From assembly GCA_964252035.1 (NCBI GenBank), contig OZ176208.1: a DNA stretch of 64,000 bases; one strand, given 5' to 3'. The notes under the pieces are model-generated. The model ran no database searches and was not told the DNA's origin. It saw nothing but the letters and a program-made list of their open reading frames with translations. Source of the stretch: Podarcis erhardii (lineage: Eukaryota). Below, one piece after another: positions 49,715-61,904 of the stretch. The position numbers and the translations under genes are program-made. How positions within the stretch are numbered: the stretch's first letter is position 1; every line of letters begins with the position of its first letter.

Positions 49715-51978
49715 ACATCTAAAAATATTTTCTATTCTTCAATTCCTTTTATTAGCCCAAAACTGTTGGAATTGCTCCTTGGCCCATATATAAACATATT
49801 AAGCATGGGGATTCTTTCTGCGACTACAAGGGGTTTGATGAAATTCACATATGATTTTACTATTCATCAGGTTTAACTTACTACTAGTACCCCTAGTAGA
49901 GTCCAGTGCAGGGGAACAGTATGCTCAGATTAATATGAAACAAATAAATGGAACAGCATAGCTAACAAATAAGTGCAGGGTTTTTTCAATGTTAGATTTT
50001 AAAAGTGTTTCCCAAAAAGTAGGTCAGAAACCGGTAGTGTGCAGCTAGTTTATTGCCTAATGAGAAGCACTGGATTTTAGGGCCATGAAGCATATTTCTG
50101 GAGTTTGGAATCAACAAATAGATATGGGCAGTGCAGCTGGCGTGCTGTATTTTGAAGGGGCACTTATTTTTAGGAAACTTTTTTTTGTGATGCATCTTTT
50201 CAGTTTAAATATGCTATACCGTGGTGGCACTGAAAGGCAAATCTGAAAGCAGGTTAGGCAGCTAGAATTCACATGGGATGAATAAGTGTCCTTGGCTACT
50301 GCAGACAACTCTATGTCAGTGAATCATGAATTGAAATGGGCAGTGAAGATGGGTAATGCTAAGAACCAGTCATGTTTTCAGTTAAGATCCAGTACATTAG
50401 GCCTTAGTTATAGCTAGGATTTTTAAAAATTTCCTTTTCTAATTGATTTTATAAGTGTTCTGGTTAAATAACCATTCGGATGAGTGCCTTTCTATTGTGT
50501 CATGTGCAGTCACTGTGGGAATCCTTGCTGAACTTGAGAGCAATGGGTTTATCATTGCATAACACAACTGTAAGGCCGCAGTTACCTCTATGTGACCTTT
50601 CAGCTATTTCAGCTTGTAACTCTTCCTGGTATCCTGAACAGCTAATTCTGTGTTAACAGTTAAGGAGGGAGAAGAGTAAAATAAAAGGCTGCGTTTTCAA
50701 GCATATCAGATTTACTTTAATTGTATAGTTTAAGAGGAGGAAAAGCTCGTTTGCTGTCATTGTTGCATTTAGCAGAGTATTATTCCACAACTTTCGTAGG
50801 TCATTTGCTATATTGCCTTTCCTACTGACATTTCTTTTGCTTTCGCTCTGTTAATCCCATGGGCCTAATTTTAGGAAGCCTTTTATAATCTTGTAAATAT
50901 TAATAAAACATTAGCACCTATGTTATTTAAGTAGTTGGCCAGAGAATTTTTGCAATTGGTATGACAGTGAGATGTATACAGTTGTGCATTTAATGGGTAA
51001 GGGTTGTAATTCATGATCTTGTTGGAGAATCAACCAAGTATTTTTGGTATACTATCCCATATTTTTTCTGCTTCAGAAGGTCTGGACTTCATGGAAATGT
51101 GTACCAAAAGTTTAACAAGAAGTTCAGACACATACATTGGATAGATATTCTTATTAACAACTTACATCAGTATTTCTCATGCTCCTTTTAGCTAATATTT
51201 TAAAAAATCCATTCCCCCTTCAGGCCTGGCTTCCCTAATTATTTTATTTGACTTTTCAAAAGGATTGAAATATTGCTACTTTAATTATAAATCATATTTT
51301 TGGGCTTAATAATGAAGGCAATGAAAGTACTTAAATTATTTTTTAAAAACCTCAAATTTTCAAAAAGAAATCTCATAAAATTTCAAAGTGTCCATTTCAA
51401 TTATGTGATAAGCTGCGTGCTTGACACAAGCTTTTGGATTTATGGTGTTGTGGAAGACAGAACACTCCTTAGGTCACTTTCAGCATCCAGACTGTTGTGC
51501 TGCTTTGTTTTAATAGCTATAAGAGTGGAAATACCAAATCTACAAAGGCATGTATGCAGAGGAAAATAGCAATTTCCATTCCAAGCTGTACTTGTCACAA
51601 TCAGCGCTGCTTCCATTCTGCTGCACTTAGGCTTCCCACCAAATACTGTTATGCATCTCACTGTCTGCTATTTAGCAGAAGTTATGGATATATTTACAGA
51701 ACTTACAGAACTTTTGTTCCAATGTAAAGGAAATGTCAAAACAGTGTAAAAACAAGGCCATTAATTAATGTGATGTGAAAAAATTCCATTCTTGATCAGA
51801 GAGATACATGCAAACTGATGCAATTTCCATTTCCTTTTCTGCCTTCATCCGTATTCTCCAACATCTGTAGCTGACAGCATCAATTATCTAGTGGGCTGGA
51901 CATAAGGGGAAAACAGGTCCTGGACTCTGTTTAGGTTCCTCTTGGTCCATACCCCGATAACTACTGCTGTCAGAATAT

Positions 51979-52208
51979 TTGTTGTTGTTGTTGTTTAGTC
52001 GTTTAGTCGTGTCTGACTCTTCGTGACCCCATGGACCAGAGCATGCCAGGAACTTCTGTCTTCCACTGCCTCCCGCAGTTTAGTCAAACTCATGCTGGTA
52101 GCTTCGAGAACACTATCCACCCATCTCGTCCTCTGTCGTCCCCTTCTCCTTGTGCCTTCCATCTTTCCCAACATCAGGGTCTTTTCCAGAGAGTCTTCTC
52201 TTCTCATG
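51979..52208 (-). mobile_element. Bov-B LINE, short 5'-truncated copy with TSD
   Basis: MRREDSLEKTLMLGKMEGTRRRGRQRTRWVD...VHGVTKSQTRLND plus (CAA)n tail; TSD TGTCAGAATAT (51968-78) / TGTCAGAACAT (52207-17). Confidence 0.93.
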
Positions 52209-52514
52209 TCAGAACATACAGTGCTACTAATCTTGCAGAAACACGGTTTACATACATTTGGTGCTTTATGTGGCATACTGCATCCCTTCTCCCTGGCCCA
52301 GTGCTGGTTATGTATTTCTCAGATGGAGGGGAACTTATGCTCAAGTGGCGTAGCAGCCATAGTTCTTCTGTTGCACTGGAGTATCTTTGGAGCTTTATAG
52401 GACATAATGCTTTCTGTAATACATCTTCATACATAGTCTGTACCTGCACTGCTGTAACTTGGTGTTGCACGTGGTATTCTGTTCTTGTAAAAGTGGATAT
52501 GGGGGATTATTGGG

Positions 52515-52650
52515 TTGCTGTTTTTATTTTGATTATCTATTTTGTGGTCTTGTGTTTTGATTTTGTCCTGTGAACCGCCCTGAGACCTCCAGGTATAGGG
52601 CAGTATATCAACTCAATAAATAATACTAATACTAATACCAAAATACTACT
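52515..52650 (+). mobile_element. L2-type 3' end
   Basis: tgtgaaccgccctgagacctccaggtatagggcagtatatcaactcaataaataat stem-loop end. Confidence 0.7.
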
Positions 52651-53142
52651 AATAAAAGAATAATAACTATCAAGCACACGTGCCATTGAATTCTAAGCAA
52701 ACTGTTACTGAAGGAGATTTTTCCACTGCTATGGAAATAATAATAATAATAATTAAATATCAGGATCATGAGAGCATTTGAAGGTGCTGGAATATCTTTA
52801 TAGAATAAATCAGTAGTATAAGGTTGATTTTCACAGTACAAGGGGGGGGGGGAATAATATTTTCATTACATCTGACTACCAGTTGTTGGGGAATATACAT
52901 TGGGAGGGTGCTGTTGCACTTAGATCCTGCTTGCGGGTTTCCGATAGGCATTTGGTTGGCCCATGTGGGACAAGGATGCTGGACTAGATGGGCTCTTCTA
53001 GCAGGGCTCTTCTCTGTATCAGTTCCTTGCTTTGTAGCGGTGGCTACTTAGTCTTGTGAGCAGGTCATGGCCTTCACTGTTGGAAGCTTTCTGTATGACA
53101 CTCCCTCCCTGGTTTTTAGTTCTGTCTTAGTGCAAGCCTTGA

Positions 53143-53327
53143 CACTGGCGGAGGAAGAGGAGTGCGGGGGGAGTGCACTGCCCCTGGCAGGCCATTACGG
53201 CTGCCCCCTCCCACCCGCACTGGGTGCCCCAACCCTGCAGGTGTCACACCCCGCCCCCAGGATGGGTGCCAGCCCTGCCCCCGCATGCTCTCCACCCCCG
53301 GTGCCAAAGCATGAAGCTCTGCTACTG
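53143..53327. mobile_element. 185-bp GC-rich hAT MITE
   Basis: Imperfect TIR CACTGGCGGAG / CTCTGCTACTG and a perfect 8-bp TSD AGCCTTGA (53135-42, 53328-35). Confidence 0.85.
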
Positions 53328-53870
53328 AGCCTTGATCCATGGCCGGGGCCACAATATCTTACCCTGTTGGAAATGAGCCCAGAGCCTCCATAGAAGAAAT
53401 GTGAAAAAAGAAAAAAAATGTCAGGATATGCGTAGTTGTGAAAGCAGAATGGGTGGTATTTTGATGTCTGGCCTTCTTTGAGATTTGAGTGCTACAGTGG
53501 GGAAATGCTTGGTTGAGAGAGAAATGGATAAATAAGTAAACATGTTTTTTTTTTAAAAAAAAAAAACGAGGTGTGTTGCTCTTTGCCATTGACATCATGG
53601 CCACTATCTGAATAGATGTCTATCAGATTTGCATAACTGCTTTCCGTACAACAGTCTTTATTGCAATAGATAGGGAAAGGACCTCTGCATTCCTTGAAAC
53701 ATAAATAACAACTGTGCAGTTATTGTGTAACAAAATGATTACCTTGCTTGAAAGGTCTGAAAATGGTTTTATACGCTTTCACAACTTGCTGCAATTCAGG
53801 TGCTGCAATTTGTACAACCCAGCTGGAGATGGGCCTTTGAGAGAATTTTGTACCAGTGCTTTCAAGTCTG

Positions 53871-54112
53871 TAGTGGTACCTCTGCTTACAAACACCTCAG
53901 GTTATAAACACTTCGGGTTACAGACTCCGCTAACCCAGAAGTAGTACCTTGGGTTAAGAACTTTACCTCAGGATGAGAACCGAAATCTTTTGGCAGCAGT
54001 GCAACGGCAGCGGGAGGCCCCATTATCTAAAGTGGTACCTCAGATTAAGAGCAGTTTCAGGTTAAGAACAGACCTCCGGAACAAATTAAGTTTGTAACCA
54101 GAGGTATCACTG
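53871..54112 (+). mobile_element. 242-bp Tigger-like MITE, copy 3
   Basis: TAGTGGTACCTC...GAGGTATCACTG|TA; same length and body as copies 1 and 2, with decayed left end. Confidence 0.9.
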
Positions 54113-54234
54113 TAGTGGCTACTTTGAGCTTTCTGGGCACAGTTTAGGTTTCTATTTGTATATTCTTATGGAGATAGAATGAACATTCTTCCTCAAACGA
54201 CTGACAAAAACATTAGTTTGATAGTGCTATGTAG

Positions 54235-54370
54235 AAGGGATGGCTAACCTGCAGCCCTCCAGATACTTGCTGAACTACAACTTCCTTCAGCCCCTGCCAA
54301 CATTACCAATGGCCAGGGATTATGGGAGTTGTAGTTTAGTGCCATCTGTAGTAACACAGATTAACCACCA
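54235..54370. mobile_element. Short foldback hAT-like MITE (degraded)
   Basis: gggatggctaacctgcagccctccagat...actacaacttcc / gggagttgtagt...catctg inverted arms. Confidence 0.6.
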
Positions 54371-54396
54371 CATAGCAATATATTTTTTATGGTGGA

Positions 54397-55029
54397 TGAC
54401 AGGAGCGAGCCAGCAGTAAATCGCACCATGCACATTGGAGTCACCTCTTTATTAGCAAGAACAGGATCTGCACAGACTTGGCAGAATGTCAGGCCTAATG
54501 ATCATGGAACTCACCTCCAATATATCCCCGTTCCCCCCCCCCCCGCCCATGGATCAGTTGCTAAGACTGAAGGTACCTACAGCAGCCTAAGTCCCCTCCT
54601 CTCTGGGGTTTCTCCCAAGCAATCTGAGCAATCTGGACCTGTGTGGTGCTATCTTATCTTTTGCCCCTTTCATGCCTCTCTGGGTTCTGGGGTCGGGGGG
54701 GGGGGGGGAGGAAAGCTGGTTGCAGCAGGAAGGAGAGTCACCTGTGACTCCCTACCAACCAGACTCATCTCTGCCTTTTGCCATCCCTCCTCTCCTGCTT
54801 CAGCTTCTGCCTCTGATTCTGGACTCCTCTCTGCCACAGACTCTCCCAGCTCACCAAGCCCTGTTACCTCTTCACCTTCTGATACCTCCACCTCCCAGTC
54901 TTCTCCCTCTTCTCCCTCTGACCACTCATTGTCTTCACACCACCACTCCTTGAACTCTGAGCCTTCTTCCCCGGGGGTTCCCCAGCCGATTCCTCCCATC
55001 ATTCCTTTGTGTCCAACCAGTCCATGACA
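54397..55029 (-). mobile_element. Solo LTR, 633 bp, antisense to NR3C2
   Basis: Minus strand begins TGTCATGG and ends CCTGTCA; AATAAA at 54448-53 (minus); 5-bp TSD GTGGA (54392-96) / GTGGT (55030-34). Confidence 0.8.
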
Positions 55030-55102
55030 GTGGTCAATCTCTGGCTCTGGGGCTTCATCAAGCACAATACAAGTGTTTGTATTTAAATGGATGCATTTCT
55101 TC

Positions 55103-55110
55103 CTCTCTCT

Positions 55111-55145
<35 letters not shown>
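55103..55145. repeat. Compound (CT)n(GT)n microsatellite
   Basis: Direct reading. Confidence 0.85.
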
Positions 55146-56308
55146 TATTCTCCCCCTCTCCTAAATAACAACATTAGTATGACAGAGTGCCCAGCCTTTC
55201 CTTGTTGCAAGCAGCACTATCTCAGGTACTTTTTGGGAAAACACTCATATTTATGGTTGGTGACAGCTGGATAAATCAAAAGGCACCAAATTACAGGAGC
55301 TGAACTATGTTGCTTTATCTACTGGAAGAATCAGCTAGCTTTCAATGTAATGCATGACTTACAGCTGAGTGGGTGGTAACCATATACTCCTTCCTCTGAG
55401 ACTGTTGAAGAAGTACAGAAAACAACTCTGAACATTTGTCCTTACAAACTTCCTTTTTTGCTTTCAAAACACTATCTAAGAAGTGATACCTGAATTCTAA
55501 CATAAGCCTTCCTAAGAGCAAATTATTCCTGTGATTCATTCTCTTGCAACACAAGTATTCTCTTTTTTAATATCCTAAAGCTTGATTTGCTATATTTCCA
55601 GGAAAACATGTATCATTCACTATTTAGAAAATGAAATCTATTAGGGTGGCATTAATGGTGTATATATTTAGAACTCTTCTATTTAATTCTGATGTTCACT
55701 TTAATATACAAATGTCCTTCCACAGCATTAACCTGTGAACTCCTTGATAGTTCACACTTCACATCTCTGAAAGTGGTTGCATAGTACTGCACAACTAGTT
55801 TGGCCAGTCTCTTGCCTTTTAGAAATATTTTTACACTGGACTGGGATGGGGTAGAAATTGAGCAATTTGGTTGTGAAAGTTTTTCTAAGCTGATGTATAT
55901 AAAATCAATAATCATTGGTTTCCTCTTATTACTTCACTTGCTCAACTGCGTCAGTTCCTTTGAAACTAAAATATCAATTGATGTTCCTTCTGTCATTCTC
56001 AACGCATTTTGCAAGCACTGTATGTTTAGTAATACTGAAGTTTTGCTCCCAACCAGGGGAAAACATTACTGTGTTTGAAATTAAAAGTTTTTTTAAATGT
56101 GTAGTAGCATTGTGCCACTGTTGTTCCCCAGCAACTAACATTCAGAAGAACACTGCCTGAGATATTTGATGTAACATTTAGCCATCATGGCTTGTTGCTG
56201 CTGATGGCCTCCATGAATTTATCTATTCCCCTTTTAAAGTCATCTAGTAAGTTGGTGGCTTCTAAAGGTCTGATCCTTGAGTTTTCTCTTCAGAGCAAGA
56301 TGAATGAA

Positions 56309-56559
56309 CAGTGGTGGCCAACTCCCAAGAGACTGCGATCTACTCACAGAGTTAAAAACTGGCAGTGATCTACCCCCTTTTTTGGGGTTCGGGTCAAAGT
56401 TTGTTGTTGAGTTTTTTCATGGAGGAGATAAAATGTTGAGCTTTTTTGGGGGAGCCACAGTTGTTCAGCTTCTTTGGGGGAGGCCATGATCTACCGTGAT
56501 CTACCGCAGACGTCCAGTGATCTACCAGTAGATCATGATCTTCCTGTTGGACATGCCTG
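56309..56559. mobile_element. hAT (Charlie-like) MITE with repeated GATCTAC motifs
   Basis: Ends CAGTGGTGGCCAAC / GTTGGACATGCCTG; five GATCTAC plus one inverted GTAGATC; no TSD recognisable. Confidence 0.6.
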
Positions 56560-56921
56560 AATTATAGAATTGCTCGAAACTGATGTGCTGTTTGAGTGTT
56601 GCCTTCAAAGTGTTTCATGAGATGCAGCACTAGACATGATTGTGTCACCAGTCTAGGGTAGTTTCCATGATTTAATATATGTCTCTAGTTCAGGAATTTT
56701 AGGACCGACAAGGACCTGTCTGGCTTAGGAGGAAGTTAGCCGATGGTTGAGCTGCATCAATACTTACAACCAAGCATGTCCTACTTGTGCTTATTTCACA
56801 ATGAGTATATGGCTGTGTGATTTGACTCTTAAGTAAGTCAGGACTTGCGTAGCCTTGGGACTCTACCAACCAAGCTTGCCTATTCTTATCTGTATTCTGT
56901 CCCCTTTTTTTCCTTTTGCAG

Positions 56922-57052
56922 AGAGAGAATGCGCCAGTCTGCAATGTTTGAGTTGTGCCAGGGGATGCACCAGATCAGCCTTCAGTTTGTTCGCTTGCAA
57001 CTTAGCTTTGAAGAATATACTATAATGAAAGTTTTGCTGCTATTAAGCACAG
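56922..57052 (+). CDS. NR3C2: Mineralocorticoid receptor exon 7 (LBD helices 7-8), 131 bp
   Basis: Long pyrimidine tract plus CAG ending at 56921, GTAAGT at 57053. Encodes [43 protein letters not shown]. Confidence 0.98.
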
Positions 57053-60000
57053 GTAAGTTTGCCATTCCAGTCATAATTGTCAACTGTGCTAAATTTACAT
57101 ATTGTTCTAAACGACTAGTCCAAATGACTCACTAAATGGTGAAAAAGGAACTAGATTGCAGGAGCCACAAGGCCTTGGTGCCAGTGTTTTAAATTAGACA
57201 CCTACAGCAAATTGTTTAAAACAAAGACCAAATGCTTCCGAGGATGACTGCTACAATACATTGTATGTGGATCTGCCTTTGAATGCTTCAAAGTCCATTA
57301 AAAATACAGCCACTTAGCTACTAGAAGAGATTGGTTGTTGGGAACATGACATATGGGTTGCAGAGCCCTATAATATTACTCCCAGTCTGTTTCTGAGCAA
57401 AATTCAAACTGCTAGCTCTTAGTGTTAAAGCTATTAAAGAATGTCTGCTCTCACACCAACCTGCTCATGTGAAGAGTTCTTTTCCAGCACTACCAGCTGT
57501 GCTAAGATGGGCGGTAAGCAGAGTGAGGACTTTTGGGACAGTGACAGTTTGCTTGTGGAAAATCTCTCTCCAGGAAGGCTCACTTGGTGCCTGCATTGTT
57601 GCCTGCTTGGCACCAGGCTTTTAAAATGCTCACAGCATTTTAACTGCTCATTTTAACTGCTCTCTTAATTATTGTTTTGCTTGTGTACTTTATTATGTTG
57701 TTATTTTACTGTCAACCTGTCTCTTTCTTGTAAACTGCCCTGGTTGTTTACATGGTAGAAGGGTATTCTAAGCATCTATGCAATAATATTTCTGCTTAAG
57801 TTCATCATAGATCTAAAAATAATAATAATTCAAAATGCTAGGTGCCAGGATTAAAAGGTTAAGCACTACAGTGATCCAAAACCTAGGTCTTTTCTAGCAT
57901 TAAATGCATCATAGGAAATGAATAGCCAAGAAACATTCCAAGAACAGATTGACATTTGTGGGGGAGACAGAAGGGAATCCTGCTGTGTGCATAACTCAGT
58001 TTTAACAAAAACAGCGAATAGCTGTAAATGGCAGCTCAGTTCCAAATAATGCCACCCATATACTGCATTACAGTATAGATTTCCAAGCTAGTTTGATTTT
58101 ATTTTTTTAATCATTTGACTAGCTGTTGGAATTTGTTTAGGAACTTGAATGATGGCCACATCAAGGAAGTTTTTCTCAATTAACATTGAAGAAACCACAC
58201 ATTACATCTCAATTGTTTTCTTGCTTTTCCCCAGCCCACAGAGTAGGGACGTTTGCCAGTTGCCTCAGCACATTTAATAATCGGAGAAACAACTGGGCGT
58301 ATGTCCAACAATCTGAAGTTTCAATTGTGTTTCTGATTATTGTAATTTTATATAATTAATTCTGTTTGATGCTAGTGTAATAATTTTCATATTTGCCAGT
58401 AAAAAAAGCATTCAGTACTCCTTCACACATTTATTTGGGTGCCAGCATCATATAGGCACATAGAAATGATCTTTATTAAAATGAGGCATGCAACGTATGT
58501 CTGGTTATGCAAACCTGAAACCCTTGGGTCTTCAGTGGATCTATAAACATTGAAACCATTACACATAGAGTGGTAGGCAACCAAATCAATACTCAAGAAT
58601 AGAGATCGGTGGATCCACTCTGAATAAGACTTGGTTGGATGCTGCCCCTTAAGCACATGATGTTGGATGTGCACATGAGTGTGCAATGCCACAATTTGAT
58701 TTGGACAGGGCACTGATTCATTTGCAAAGATTGTTGGGATATGATGCTTTTTGAATACATGAAGCACTAGAAAGAGAACAACAATTTTATTCTCTTCTTG
58801 GAATGAAAATAATTATTGCTGCGTGGCAGCTTTCCTAGAACGGACTCACATAGCAAGAACACCTGTCGGTGGGGGTGGGGAAATGGGCAAAGACCCAATA
58901 TATGATGAAATGCCCAATGTGTAGTCAGATTAGGAAAACTGGGTCAGGGCCAAGCCGTAACATAGATTACTCCCATCTCACATATTGAGGGCATGGCTAC
59001 CTTTCTGGGAGTGGAACCTTTCCAAGAAACTCATTGTTTCCAGAGCCAGCTTCATTAATGGGTACAGGTAGACCTTCTGGCTTCCTCCCCCTGGGAGATC
59101 CAGTTGTGATTACACAATTATAATATTACAGAAGCCAAAAACCACCACCACCACCCACCATCCACCAACAGAGCCCCTGCAACAAAAGCGAAAAGGTCTG
59201 TTAATTCCACAGTCTAGGGGTACCTGGGGAAAAGAGAGAGAAAAGCTTCCCAGCCCAATTGCCTTATGAATAACATAGTGAGCCTGGGAGGAGAAGCAGG
59301 GACTTTGTTGAGCATTGTCGCCTTACTCCCGGGCAAACGTATATGCTGCTTCAAGACCACAGCAAATAAGTTCACCCCTGCCCTTCCCTCTAAACAGTGT
59401 GCAACTTATTCTTGCTATTCCGGGATGGGCCATTAGAACTTCTCCTCCCAGCGTTAGCCCAAATAGGCTCCCATTCAAATATATGATCTGCCATTTACCA
59501 CCCATTAGGCATTTTTTCAAAACCAAGATTGTCTAATAACTGCTCCCAGAACAGCTATTTGTTTGTAGGCAGCTTGTCTCATGTTGCTAAATTATTTACA
59601 TGCACATCTAAAAACGAGAGCCATATTGAAACAGCTATTGTGCTTTCCATTTCACTCTCACTTTTATTTTTCCCCCTAATTCTAACTCCTGACATCTTTT
59701 TGCAAAATCCAGCAATTATTGTTGTTGTTGTTGTTTTTAAATTAGGTGTTGGATAACTGGCCTGGGATCTGAGTGTGTGGAAATAGAGGCAAGGATTTCT
59801 CATTTCACACACCAACTCTGACTGGTCACAGGGAGCAGCATGTAGCACATATTCACAAATTCCAGGGTTGTTTCTAATGGAAGGCAAAGTCTTGCCACTG
59901 ATCATCCCTTGTCCTCTTGTAGCCTTCACCAGGCCTCACCAGAAGGTCGGGGAGACCTTCCAAGCATTGTTAGGTGCATTGGGAGCGGGGAATTGCCTGC

Positions 60001-61746
60001 AGACAGGCCAAGGCATCCTGTGATTCTCTTCCACTGCAGCCTCAGACGACCCACATCCCACAATGTATGGGAGGTTGCCTCCATCCCTCTAGAGAAGCTT
60101 CTTTTGGGAGAGTGTGTGTTTGGCTTAGCGGGGGGGAGAAGAGGGATAGATCCCTTGTCCAATCTGCCACCTCATTAGGAAACTAATCTGATATTTGTGC
60201 AAGTTAGAAATTAAGTACTACTAATAATAATTAATAATGACATTGGATACACCCCCCTAATGTTCTGTCTGAATTATGCTCCCCGTCAAAATACCTTTTT
60301 TGTAAACTGCTTTGAGGGGTTTTTTAAACACAATCAAGCAGTATATAGATTTTTAAATGAGATAAATCAATCAAAATATTTGAACATGAAATCTGAATCT
60401 AGCGAAAGGCAGGTCGTCTCTATTAACAGCATTAAAAAGTAATGCATAAAATAGAAATTGAAGAAGAGGGTGCAGTCAGTCATAATAAAAGAACTGATTA
60501 TTCTTAAGGTTATGACTAGGTGGCTTGGTTTAGAGGAGACATGAAATAATCTCTCTGCCTAATAGGTTACCAACCATCAGAACAGACATCTTCTGTACAG
60601 TGCTGAGATTTGTGAAGCCCAAATAGAAACCAACTGATGTTGCTTTGAATCTCCTAGTTATAATACAAGCATCTTGATGGTTGTTCTAATGGCAATGGAA
60701 TTAGATTCTGTAGCCTTCTCTCTGCAGATGCAGTCCCGCCACCAGTGCTCCCCTTGCCACACCTAGGCTTGGAAAACCCATCATATTGGCTCAAATGGGG
60801 GGCTTTTTTTCAAGCTGAAATGCAAACCGTTAAAAATGCAAACCATCACTATTCGGTAAAGAATGTAGTACACAGGCCCTGAGCGGAGTTTGGGCGGGGG
60901 GGGGGGGGGCAGGGGGCGGAAAGGCAAAACCAAAGGTTGAAAGTATATCTGAGAGTTTTATGCATATAAGCCATAACGTGGCACTGGATTCCAAGTGGTT
61001 CATAGATTAGTGAGAGGAGATATCCTTGAATCAGAAGGTGCAGCCTTCTTGTAGCCTTTTGATCAAGCATGAATATTTGCAGATGACCCATGCCTGAGTA
61101 GCACTACTGTGTCGATTGGGGAGAGCACACTTTTAAAAGCTGGATGCATCCTAGCACTGAAATTGCAGTCCATGGCACAACAATAATTCATTTTATTCTG
61201 TATAGCATAAAACTCCATTTTTATTTCAGCACGTGTGCTCAGAAACATATTTCAACCTAAAAGCATTTTCATCCCTAGGAATAGATTTTGAATTCATCGT
61301 AAAAAGCAATTATGTGTATTTTTATATTTTTACGCAACTGTTTAATAAGAGTATGCAGTATTAGAGTTGACTGGAAGTTTAAGAACCTATTTTTTTGTTT
61401 TCTACAAGAAAAAATCCATCTCTTCCCTCTCTCTGTGTGTGCACAGGCAGGCATGGTTTTCTCTTAGGTCAAAGTGGGTAATCAAACACATTGCTTTTTA
61501 CTGTTCTTCAGCAAGGTCTTTCTCATATACTCACCTGTGAAGAATGTTTGCAAAACCTCAAAGGATTTATGAAGTTGCTACGTTTTCATAATGCGCAAGA
61601 AATATGGGGAAAGCATTTGTACACAGTAGCAAGCTTTTCTGAACGTTAGTGAATGGCCTTGTAGTAACACATTGTTCTCCTTTTTTAATATATATGTAAA
61701 CTTAACAGATCGTTGATTAATAATTATTTGTATCCTTTTATGACAG

Positions 61747-61904
61747 TACCCAAGGATGGCCTCAAGAGTCAAGCTGCATTTGAAGAAATGAGGGCAAATT
61801 ATATTAAAGAGCTGCGGAAGATGGTAATTAAGCATCCAAACAGTTCTGGGCAAAGTTGGCAGCGGTTTTACCAACTGACAAAGCTCCTGGACTCCATTCA
61901 TGAT
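61747..61904 (+). CDS. NR3C2: Mineralocorticoid receptor exon 8 (LBD helices 9-10), 158 bp
   Basis: CAG ending at 61746, GTAAGT at 61905. Encodes [53 protein letters not shown]; ends in phase 0 as human exon 8 does. Confidence 0.97.

Noticed and set aside
56922-56927. Tandem AG acceptors in CAG|AGAGAG (the +6 site would delete ER in frame)
   Set aside because: The downstream sites are weak GAG acceptors behind a strong CAG; no evidence of use from sequence alone.
60892-60916. G-quadruplex-forming G-run (similar C/G runs near 47890 and 54690)
   Set aside because: Simple homopolymers of uncertain assembly length; no specific context.
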